Both the position numbers and the translations under genes were made by a program. The notes under the pieces were generated by a model, which saw nothing but the letters and a program-made list of their open reading frames with translations, did not search any database and had not been told where the DNA came from. This document shows, piece by piece, positions 18,495 through 26,234 of a DNA stretch of 53,246 nucleotides; positions within the stretch are counted from its first letter, which is position 1; each line of letters opens with the position of its first letter. The DNA is from a bacterium (GTDB lineage Bacteria > Patescibacteriota > Minisyncoccia > Phycocordibacterales > UBA2100). The stretch lies in the NCBI GenBank assembly GCA_021781955.1, contig JAJXVV010000005.1, forward strand, positions 1 to 53,246, given 5' to 3'.

Positions 18495-19307
18495 TTATAT
18501 ACGCCTATAGTCGTCTTCGAGCCGAACAATGTCATCTTCGTCGAAATCGCCGTAGGCGACCTCCACGACGACACCGCCCCGCTTCGACGAGAGCCGGTGC
18601 ACCTGGCCTTTGGATACGCGGAAAACCTCACCCTTTTTCAAGGGCAGCGTGATGTGTTCTTTCCCTTCCCTCACCTCCGCAAGCGCATCACCTGAAACGA
18701 GCAACCACCACTCCTCGCGACGGTGATGGTACTGGAGCGAGAGCCGCTTGCTGGGTGAGATGTAGATGGTCTTGAGGTTCCACCCTCTGCCGGAATCCCA
18801 GCCGTAATATTCGCCCCACGGCCGCACGCTGCGCGACGCCGGTTTCCGTGCCGCGTTGATCATCCATGACGATGACTGGACCTTCCCCCCGGCACCCACA
18901 TTGAATACCATCTTGATGCCCAACTCTTTGCAAACCTTCGCCTCGGGAATATCGCGCGTACGCTTCCGATCGCCCCCGTTCGCGAAGATGTCGGGCCGCA
19001 CCTTCTCGAGCGCACGAGTAACGCTCATATCATCATCGTCTTTCTTGTGATCGGTAATGACGACCTTGTCGACGAACGGAAAGGTGCGAAGCAGCTCAGC
19101 GCGCTCTCGCTGCGGCATGAAAGCGAACCCCTTCTTCGTTCTCAGCCAGTTATCGTTGTTGAGAATGACGACCAGCTTGTCGCCGAGGGCGCGAGCCTCC
19201 TTGAACATGCGCACATGTCCGATGTGCATCGGGTCGAACCCGCCAGAGACCGCGACCCACACTTCCCGTTTTTTGCTATGCCGACCGGACCGGTGTCCTT
19301 GCTTCAT
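18495..19307 (-). CDS. Fusion of a nucleotidyltransferase (cytidylyl/adenylyltransferase HxGH family) and a C-terminal cupin (mannose-6-phosphate isomerase type II-like)
   Basis: VSGGFDPMHIGH, IFANGGDR, then RPWGEY, KRLSLQYHHRREEWW, HRL, VEVAYGDFDEDDIVRLEDDY. Confidence 0.88.
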   Translation of the reverse strand: MKQGHRSGRHSKKREVWVAVSGGFDPMHIGHVRMFKEARALGDKLVVILNNDNWLRTKKGFAFMPQRERAELLRTFPFVDKVVITDHKKDDDDMSVTRALEKVRPDIFANGGDRKRTRDIPEAKVCKELGIKMVFNVGAGGKVQSSSWMINAARKPASRSVRPWGEYYGWDSGRGWNLKTIYISPSKRLSLQYHHRREEWWLLVSGDALAEVREGKEHITLPLKKGEVFRVSKGQVHRLSSKRGGVVVEVAYGDFDEDDIVRLEDDYRRI

Positions 19308-19418
19308 TGGGCTATAGCATACCAGAGGGCCTTGCGGGATGCGAGACGTGAGTCGTCAGCACGATCATGACCGCGATACGCCGTTCTTATGACCGTACAC
19401 ACCCCCTTTTGGCGTCGG

Positions 19419-20213
19419 TCAGGAACGAAGAATAGAACTGATGACCCTCTTAGTGTCTTGCGGACCCTTAACAGGGATGCAATCAATGCCGCTTTTCCTG
19501 GCAGCGTAGTCGTTGCCGCCCGGAAATAGAGCGTCTCCTATAAATACCATGTCCTTAATTTTCACGTGAAGTTTCTTCTCTATCTGCCGGACCCCATAGG
19601 CTTTATCTATCCCCTTACGAGTCACGTCGATCGAAGTGAATCCAGATGCATGGACATGTAACTTCGGAAGGCTCTTCTGGACAAGGCGAGCAATCTTTAC
19701 CTTCAATGGTCGGTTCTTTTTCACCCACTCTTCCTTCATTTTAACGCCTTTATTTCCGAGCTGAGCGACGATATCTTGCCCTAGAGCCGAGAATGTAACT
19801 TGTGTCTTGCGATCTTCGATAACCTTACCGTAGACTTTTTTAGGATGAACATACGTTATAGCTTGCAGCACTTCATTGAAGGCTACTTTTATGGCCTTGC
19901 GTTCTATGGCTGACAACTCATGAACGTAGACTTTCTTCCAGCCATGCCTATAGCGATAAAAAGAAGTAGCTGTCGTCGGGAAAAGATACAATCGCGACAG
20001 TAGCGCTGGCGGGCAATGCAAGCGAGAAACGAACTGTTTCTTGAACTGCTGATAGGTTCCTCCTCCGATCACCGCCACTTGCTTGCTTTTTAGTAAGCGC
20101 CGAAGTTCCTCGGCCATGTCGGCTTCAAGATCGGATTTTGTTTCGGTCAAAGTGCCGTCCAGATCAAAGACGATGAGCTTCTTTTTGGAGAGCGTCTTGT
20201 TTGGTCGCGGCAT
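19419..20213 (-). CDS. HAD-IIB hydrolase, eukaryote-type phosphomannomutase-like
   Basis: IVFDLDGTL, VIGGG, IEDRKTQVTFSALGQ, SIDVTRKGIDKAY, FIGDALFPGGNDY. Confidence 0.82.
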   Translation of the reverse strand: MPRPNKTLSKKKLIVFDLDGTLTETKSDLEADMAEELRRLLKSKQVAVIGGGTYQQFKKQFVSRLHCPPALLSRLYLFPTTATSFYRYRHGWKKVYVHELSAIERKAIKVAFNEVLQAITYVHPKKVYGKVIEDRKTQVTFSALGQDIVAQLGNKGVKMKEEWVKKNRPLKVKIARLVQKSLPKLHVHASGFTSIDVTRKGIDKAYGVRQIEKKLHVKIKDMVFIGDALFPGGNDYAARKSGIDCIPVKGPQDTKRVISSILRS

Positions 20214-20263
20214 AGTACATCTTTGTCCCGATCTTAGCAGAGGCGTCGGACTCGCGATAGCGA

Positions 20264-21379
20264 CTAGTCAGTTCGCTGGTCAATTTGCCATCCAATCGCT
20301 TCGGCATACACGGCGATGTAACGATCGATGACCTTGCTCCAAACATGCTCGTACGCCCATTTGAGGCCGCCTACCGCGAGTCGATCTCGGAGGTTTTCGT
20401 CGAGCAAAATGCTCGTTATCTTATCGGCCAGATCAGCGACGTCCCCTTCGCGCGCAATGAGCCCGCTGCGACCAGCGGCAATAGCGTCGATGGCTCCCGA
20501 CCCTGCCATGCCGACGACCGGCACGCCGCAGGCGTTTGCTTCAAGGTAGACGAGGCCGAAGCCTTCAAAATCGGTCGCACTGCTCGCTGGTGTCATGACG
20601 AACAGCGACCCCTTCGCGTAGAGATCGCGCAATCGCTGCGCATCAATGCGTCCAGCAAGAACCACGGCCTCGCCCAGATCGAGTTCCGCTACACGCTTTC
20701 GGAGCGTCGCTACATATTCCGCGTGAGAGGTAAGATCGCCGGCCACCACATACTGCACGTCGGGAATTCTTTCTTTCACCTTCGCGAGCGCCTCAACGAC
20801 CAGGTGCTGCCCCTTGCGCGGCTTGACCGCACCCACCGTGAACACAAGGTGCGGCTGTCTGGTAGATGGAGCAACGTCGGTCGGAACCGTGACACCGTTG
20901 GGAATGACGATACTGCGTTTGAGCGAGATGTGCTCGGTCAATCGATCTTGAGAATATGTACTGACACAAACGATGCGAGCGGCGTGCGTATATGCACTGC
21001 GCTGCAGCACGCCAAAGATCCCATCCAACGTCTTTACCCCGTATGATCCATGAACTGTGAGGATATACGGCCGACCCATGATCACACTCAGAACTCTCGT
21101 AAACGGTGCATATGGTTCAATGGCACAATGTATGAGATCGTATTGTCGCAGCTTACGCCTCAAACGTAGCCATAGACAGAACGCCAACGGCATCGAAACG
21201 AGCGCGAGCAGCTTGTACCGTAGCGGATCCGGTAACGAGACTCTAAAGTCGGCAGTGCTGTCGGTGGACACGACATCGACGCGATTCCCCTTCGCCCGCA
21301 ACGCGTGCACGAGCTCGGTCGAATATGTCTCCCACCCAGATCGGTTGCCGCACCGTTGTGTAATGAACAGAATCCTCAT
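20264..21379 (-). CDS. Glycosyltransferase family 4
   Basis: MRILFIT, VIPNGV, VGAVKPRKGQ, FEGFGLVYLEANACGVPVV. Confidence 0.92.
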   Translation of the reverse strand: MRILFITQRCGNRSGWETYSTELVHALRAKGNRVDVVSTDSTADFRVSLPDPLRYKLLALVSMPLAFCLWLRLRRKLRQYDLIHCAIEPYAPFTRVLSVIMGRPYILTVHGSYGVKTLDGIFGVLQRSAYTHAARIVCVSTYSQDRLTEHISLKRSIVIPNGVTVPTDVAPSTRQPHLVFTVGAVKPRKGQHLVVEALAKVKERIPDVQYVVAGDLTSHAEYVATLRKRVAELDLGEAVVLAGRIDAQRLRDLYAKGSLFVMTPASSATDFEGFGLVYLEANACGVPVVGMAGSGAIDAIAAGRSGLIAREGDVADLADKITSILLDENLRDRLAVGGLKWAYEHVWSKVIDRYIAVYAEAIGWQIDQRTD

Positions 21380-22518
21380 AATGTCAGTGATTGCACAATG
21401 TTCTGTGATCGTCGATTCCATGTGAAAGCTGCCACTTCTTCTCTCGCCCTCTGAGCAAGCACAGAAGCGCGATGGTTATCACTCATGAGATCCGTCATGG
21501 CGGCCGCGAGCGCTTTCGCATCGCCGGGCGGTATGATGATCGCGTTCTCACGATTCAATACTTCGGTAATGGTCGGGAGGTCGGTCGCGATAATGGGTAC
21601 GCCGGAGGCCATGTACTCGAACATCTTCACCGGCGACATGTGGTTGCGGTAGTGCGGCGTGTCGGGGAACGGCATGAGGAGCATGTCGGCGGCTTTTTGG
21701 TATACGGCGAGCTCCTTTTGCGGCGCGAATCCGCGCAACACGACGCGATCGAGAACGCCAGCACCACGCGCTTCCCGTTCGTAGCGTTCGATATCATCGG
21801 CCCGACCGCCCACGGCGACGAATGTTACGGTCGGAACATCCTTCAATGCGAGAATGATGTCGTGGATGCCCTTGTCCTGGTCCATCGTCGTGAAATTACC
21901 CGTGTACACGGCTATCTTCGCGGCAAGTGGCAGATCGAGCTGCCGCCGCGCGTCATTCCTCGGCAGCTCGACGCCGAAGACCGCAAGATCGACGCCGCTC
22001 GGCGCGACGAGGATGCGCCGCTCATCGAATCCGGCATCGAGGAACGTGCGCTTGAGCGCGTGCGATATCGTCACGATGCGATGCGCTCTCCGCGCGAGCG
22101 CGAAGAAGCGCGGGCTTCGGTCGAATATATGGTGACATTCGTACACGACTCGATATCCCAGCTGCGAGAGTACGCACGCCTGCGGTTCGCGCGCGTAGAT
22201 AATCGTCTGTCTGGACCCGAACAGCAATCGCAACGCCACGGCGGCAAGGAAGAGTCCGTGATGTATACGATGCGCGAGTTTGCTCTCGGGAAAATGGGCA
22301 AAGATATCGGGAACGGATATTTGCTCGAAATGGAAATTGTGTTCGACGCCGTATACCGTGTAGATATCGTCAGTGATCGGCGTAGCGCGCTTCGGAACGA
22401 CGAGGGTCACCTCCGCGCCTGCCCGGGCAAAGCCCTCGCACGATTTCGCGATGGTGAGGCCGTGCGCCTTCTCGGTGGGCATGCGCGCGAACGCCAGGTA
22501 GAGGAGTTTTATCGCCAT
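21376..22518 (-). CDS. Glycosyltransferase family 4
   Basis: LVAPSGVD, YTGNF, SPVKMFEYMASGVPIIATD. Confidence 0.92.
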   Translation of the reverse strand: MAIKLLYLAFARMPTEKAHGLTIAKSCEGFARAGAEVTLVVPKRATPITDDIYTVYGVEHNFHFEQISVPDIFAHFPESKLAHRIHHGLFLAAVALRLLFGSRQTIIYAREPQACVLSQLGYRVVYECHHIFDRSPRFFALARRAHRIVTISHALKRTFLDAGFDERRILVAPSGVDLAVFGVELPRNDARRQLDLPLAAKIAVYTGNFTTMDQDKGIHDIILALKDVPTVTFVAVGGRADDIERYEREARGAGVLDRVVLRGFAPQKELAVYQKAADMLLMPFPDTPHYRNHMSPVKMFEYMASGVPIIATDLPTITEVLNRENAIIIPPGDAKALAAAMTDLMSDNHRASVLAQRAREEVAAFTWNRRSQNIVQSLTL

Positions 22519-23306
22519 ACTTTGAGCGTCTCGTAGATATCGACCGCGCGCGTGAGCTTGCCGCAAAACTGCGCCCTCGTGGTAGACGAGTCGATCGACA
22601 CGCGCGGGAGCGCGAATAGGTCGCTCGTCGGCCCGACGGTCCCCTCCCGCACGGTGACCGCCGCATCGAAACCAAGGTCGCGCGCGAGGCGCGCCGTCGC
22701 GGCGGTATAGCGGCCCGAGGGGTACGCGAACAGCCGCGCCTGTTTCGGCAGGTGCATCTCGATGAGTTCGCGCGATCCGCGCATTTCTTCGACGGCCGCC
22801 TCATCGCCGAGCGAAGCGAGCTTCCGGTGCGACATCGAGTGCGGCTCGATGTCGATGAGGCCGGATGCTTCCATTTCCTTCATCTGCTCGACCGAGCAAT
22901 GCGCGAACCCGTGCGTATCCGCCCTCCCGATGAGATCGGTGACGACGAATATCGTTGCCGGGAAGTTGTGCCGCTTCAGGATTGGGAACGCGGTCTCGTA
23001 GTTGTCGCGGAACCCATCGTCGAAGGTGATGGCGACCGATCCGCCGAGCGGCTCTTGCGCCTTGAGCCGCCGCGCGAGCTCCGCAAGCGAAATGACCGGC
23101 CGCTTTGCCCCGGCGAGATAGTTCATCTGCTGTTCGAACGCCTGCGGTTCGACGTTCATAAAGTGGTCGGCACCAGCCGAGACCGAGTGGTACATGAGTA
23201 TGATCGCGCGGTCGCTCGACAATCCGAGCACCGACAATCCGCCAAGCAGCGCGTCCTTGAGCAGGTGCATGAGCACAAGTATGCCCGCACGAACGACCCC
23301 CGGCAA
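22509..23306 (-). CDS. Polysaccharide deacetylase (NodB/CE4) family protein; start uncertain (TTG 23306 or ATG 23270)
   Basis: ILMYHSV, VAITFDDGFRD, PATIFV, IEPHSMSH, FAYPSG, LPRV. Confidence 0.88.
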   Translation of the reverse strand: MPGVVRAGILVLMHLLKDALLGGLSVLGLSSDRAIILMYHSVSAGADHFMNVEPQAFEQQMNYLAGAKRPVISLAELARRLKAQEPLGGSVAITFDDGFRDNYETAFPILKRHNFPATIFVVTDLIGRADTHGFAHCSVEQMKEMEASGLIDIEPHSMSHRKLASLGDEAAVEEMRGSRELIEMHLPKQARLFAYPSGRYTAATARLARDLGFDAAVTVREGTVGPTSDLFALPRVSIDSSTTRAQFCGKLTRAVDIYETLKVWR

Positions 23307-23320
23307 CTAGAGGCCGCTCG

Positions 23321-23887
23321 CTATGCCTGCGTCCGGCACTGGTACACGACCTGGTGGGCGAGCAAATTCGGCCAGAGGTATTTGAGGAACGGCATCGTAC
23401 CTTTCAGCGAGAACCCGTTCGAGGGTATGGCCTTTTCGACGACGAGCCCCTGCACGGCGAGCCATTCGAGGAAATCCGCATGCGACCAGAACCGCACGTG
23501 CTCCGACGGGTGGTGCGCCCACTGCTTCGGGAAGCGGCCGAACAGGAGGCGCAAGCGGAACGGGTAAAACCCGGTGTTCGGTACGGTGAGCAGAAACCGC
23601 TTCGTGCGCTCCTTGAGGACCGCGATGACCTCCTCCGGGTTCGCGAGATGTTCGAGCACTTCGCTCATGATGATGAAATCGTAGGTCCCTTCGATGCGGG
23701 TCTCGGCTATCTTGTCGAGGTCGATGACCTTCGGTTCGAGCCCTGCCGCTTTGTATCCTTCGAGTACGATGGGAGAGATGTCGCCGATCGCGACCGTGCA
23801 GCCCTTCTCTTTGAGCGCGACCGGCAACCGCGAGTTGCCGCAGCCGATGTCGAACACCGACGAACCTGCCGGAACGAGGTCGCGCAT
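23321..23887 (-). CDS. Class I SAM-dependent methyltransferase (MetW-like); 5' end anomalous, possible frameshift
   Basis: VFDIGCGN, IMSEVLEHL, TVPNTG, H(V)RFWS. The frame stays open for 28 further codons upstream of the ATG, with no other ATG, GTG or TTG. Confidence 0.8.
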   Translation of the reverse strand: MRDLVPAGSSVFDIGCGNSRLPVALKEKGCTVAIGDISPIVLEGYKAAGLEPKVIDLDKIAETRIEGTYDFIIMSEVLEHLANPEEVIAVLKERTKRFLLTVPNTGFYPFRLRLLFGRFPKQWAHHPSEHVRFWSHADFLEWLAVQGLVVEKAIPSNGFSLKGTMPFLKYLWPNLLAHQVVYQCRTQA

Positions 23888-23963
23888 GACGATTTCGCGC
23901 TCGCGGAATTTCTTATTGATCTGGAAACCGCGCGCGTTTGCAACATAATAGATGCGTATACCA

Positions 23964-24488
23964 TCAGGGCTTTAGATCACGAACGGGTCTCGCGGGGATC
24001 CCCACGCATAACGTATTGTCCGGCAGGTCGCTCGTCACTACTGCCCCGGCTCCGACCACAACACCGTCGCCGATCGATACACCAGCATTTACTAGAACAC
24101 CGGTCGCGAGCCATACATAGTTACCGATGCGCACGGGCGCACTTGTGTGCTCTCTTTCGAGTCGTTCTATTGCTGTTCCATCGAGGTCGAGGCCGCCCGT
24201 GTTTATACGCACAAAGGCTGAGAGGCGAACATGATCGCCGATCGTCACAGGAGCGCGAGCATTTATATAGACACCCTCTGCGAATTGAACATCCTCGCCG
24301 ACCGATACATTGTAAGGTCGTTTTATGCGTACGGGACCTCCCACGAAGAAATCCGGCTTTTTTATCCGTAAGACGTAGCGCCAATAGGCGGTGCGCACGC
24401 GAGTCGTCAGGCCCGCCCAATGATTCCGGAAGAACTCATCGACCGAGAACAGGGAGCCCGTTCGAGCTATGTGTTGGCGGTGTTCCAT
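23964..24488 (-). CDS. Hexapeptide-repeat O-acetyltransferase
   Basis: VSVGEDV, VTIGDHV, VRIGNYVWLATGVLVNAGVSIGDGVVVGAGAVVTSDLP, GIPAR. Confidence 0.9.
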   Translation of the reverse strand: MEHRQHIARTGSLFSVDEFFRNHWAGLTTRVRTAYWRYVLRIKKPDFFVGGPVRIKRPYNVSVGEDVQFAEGVYINARAPVTIGDHVRLSAFVRINTGGLDLDGTAIERLEREHTSAPVRIGNYVWLATGVLVNAGVSIGDGVVVGAGAVVTSDLPDNTLCVGIPARPVRDLKP

Positions 24489-24490
24489 TG

Positions 24491-25552
24491 TTAACTCTGT
24501 ATCGCTTTCATCATATCATCGACGAGATGCGAGATGCTTACCTTCTCACGAGCGATGCTCTGCAATCGATCCCGTACGACTGGAATATCGGGCCGTTCGC
24601 AGAAGTTCACGATTCTTTGTGCAAGTTCTTTCGCATCACCGAACGGGTATATAAACTGGTCAGCGAGATCGTCAAAATACTTGCGAAAACCCTCGTTAGC
24701 AACGAAGGTGGGCATACCTTTTGCTGTACTCTCAAGCACTGCTTTGTCGATCCCTCCCGTTGGACCGGCATTGACTGCAAAGTCATACTCGGCCAACAGC
24801 TGTGGCAAATCGCTATTCTTAATACTCCCGCGAAATGAAATGATACCTTCAAGCTGGAGGGTTCGTACGAGAGTGAGGAGCATTTCTTTGTAAACTGAAT
24901 CCTGAGCGGTAACGGGATCACCCACGAAATCAAGACGTGCCAAGATCCCGTTCACCCGCAACTGTCTCAGTGCACGGATGATCGTCTCCAAATGTTTGAT
25001 CGGTGTGATCCGCCCTACGCTAATTACGCGAGGACTGATCACGTCAATGGCCTTTAGCGGTGTGTCCTGATATACAGCAACGTCGATCCCATGCCCGACA
25101 TAGTGCGCTTTCGTCGTGATGAGACGCAGCGATTCGGGCGTCGAGGTAAAGATAGCGTCAACGAGCCGCGCGGCGACGCGCAGCCGCCAGGTGACTTGCC
25201 GGTGCACGTACCACAGCGCGATCCGCTTCCTCCTCAGCTTCCACCACCATCCGCCGAGCACCACGTACTCGGGATTCATGTGCACGAAGACTGCGTCGTA
25301 TTCACTCCGGAGCTCCCACATGAAACGATAGAAGTTGAGCACGTACTTGATGCGCGAGGCGCCGGACTCTTTCCCTAAACTGTGCACGTGCACGGTGGGG
25401 GGCAGCGCGTGCCTCCCCTCTTTGAGGCAGACCACTTGCACCTGCCCGCAATGCGTCGCGAACTCTTCGATCCAGCGGTGGAAGAACCCGAGCACCGGGT
25501 CGTCGAGGTCGACCGCTTGGGTGAGTATCAACAGCCGCATTTTTTTGTTCAT
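24491..25552 (-). CDS. Glycosyltransferase family 4
   Basis: LLILTQAVD, VFVHMNPEY, VGHGID, SVGRITPIKHLE, GGIDKAVLE. Confidence 0.9.
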   Translation of the reverse strand: MNKKMRLLILTQAVDLDDPVLGFFHRWIEEFATHCGQVQVVCLKEGRHALPPTVHVHSLGKESGASRIKYVLNFYRFMWELRSEYDAVFVHMNPEYVVLGGWWWKLRRKRIALWYVHRQVTWRLRVAARLVDAIFTSTPESLRLITTKAHYVGHGIDVAVYQDTPLKAIDVISPRVISVGRITPIKHLETIIRALRQLRVNGILARLDFVGDPVTAQDSVYKEMLLTLVRTLQLEGIISFRGSIKNSDLPQLLAEYDFAVNAGPTGGIDKAVLESTAKGMPTFVANEGFRKYFDDLADQFIYPFGDAKELAQRIVNFCERPDIPVVRDRLQSIAREKVSISHLVDDMMKAIQS

Positions 25553-25595
25553 TGACTTTTCATTCGCCTCCGTATAATTAACATACTGAACCTCG

Positions 25596-25617
25596 AAGGC
25601 CGGGTAACCGGCCTTTT
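25596..25617 (+). terminator. GC hairpin with GTAA tetraloop and short T run
   Basis: AAGGCCGG-GTAA-CCGGCCTT followed by TT. Confidence 0.55.
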
Positions 25618-25648
25618 GAATGTATCACAAGTTGCCCGCGCATCTTCC

Positions 25649-25676
25649 TTGACAGTTCATGCGGTTTCGGTATCAT
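25649..25676 (+). promoter_or_regulatory. Sigma70-type promoter pointing into the 3' end of the NYN gene
   Basis: TTGACA (25649-25654), 16 nt, TATCAT (25671-25676). The -35 box and spacer length are the same as in the 16S promoter in this window. Confidence 0.7.
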
Positions 25677-25682
25677 GTGCTC

Positions 25683-25741
25683 TGTAACCATGAAAAGGCG
25701 TGCCGAAGGGTTCTGTCCCTAGGGGCGCCTTTTCGTTTTTT
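25683..25741 (+). ncRNA. Candidate ~60-nt small RNA antisense to the NYN gene 3' end; 5' end inferred
   Basis: Directly follows the promoter. Hairpin GAAAAGGCG (25692-25700) / CGCCTTTTC (25726-25734) with inner AGGG/CCCT stem, then GTTTTTT. Overlaps the NYN stop codon and last seven sense codons. Confidence 0.55.
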
Positions 25742-26225
25742 CGAGTAACCCTTCATCATCTAAAGACTCGAGATAATCGAGATATCCGCCTGCTGCTTTC
25801 CGCAATAAATACGAACAACGTCGACGCTGTACTGCGATAACAGCGCGTAGTTTCTTCTGCACGACCCAATACTGCACGAGCGGAGCAAAATCACCGTCGC
25901 TTGATATGAGAACAGCCTTCTCGTATTCTCTAAACCGCAAGAGAGCATGCAAAGTCAGTAATACGTCGACATTTCCTTTTACTGTGCCGGTATGGTCACG
26001 CGAGACTTCTTTAAAGATCAATTCGTAACCGCAGGTGCGCAAACGTTTATACATTCCCTCGTTCGTCGCCACGTACCCAAAAAATACGAACGCGCGGGAC
26101 ACACCATACGTTTCTGCTAGATGTACGCGGAAACGCGAATAATCCATATCCCAGCCGAGCGACTTCAAGCCGAGGTATAGATTCTGTTCATCGATGAATG
26201 CGTAATTGTTTCGACCCCCGCGCAT
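25719..26225 (-). CDS. NYN-domain (LabA/DUF88, PIN-like) putative ribonuclease
   Basis: NYAFIDEQNL, KGNVDVLL, LISSDGDFAPLV (four acidic PIN/NYN-type residues); markedly AT-richer than its upstream neighbour. Confidence 0.9.
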   Translation of the reverse strand: MRGGRNNYAFIDEQNLYLGLKSLGWDMDYSRFRVHLAETYGVSRAFVFFGYVATNEGMYKRLRTCGYELIFKEVSRDHTGTVKGNVDVLLTLHALLRFREYEKAVLISSDGDFAPLVQYWVVQKKLRAVIAVQRRRCSYLLRKAAGGYLDYLESLDDEGLLEKTKRRP

Positions 26226-26234
26226 CGACCTATT

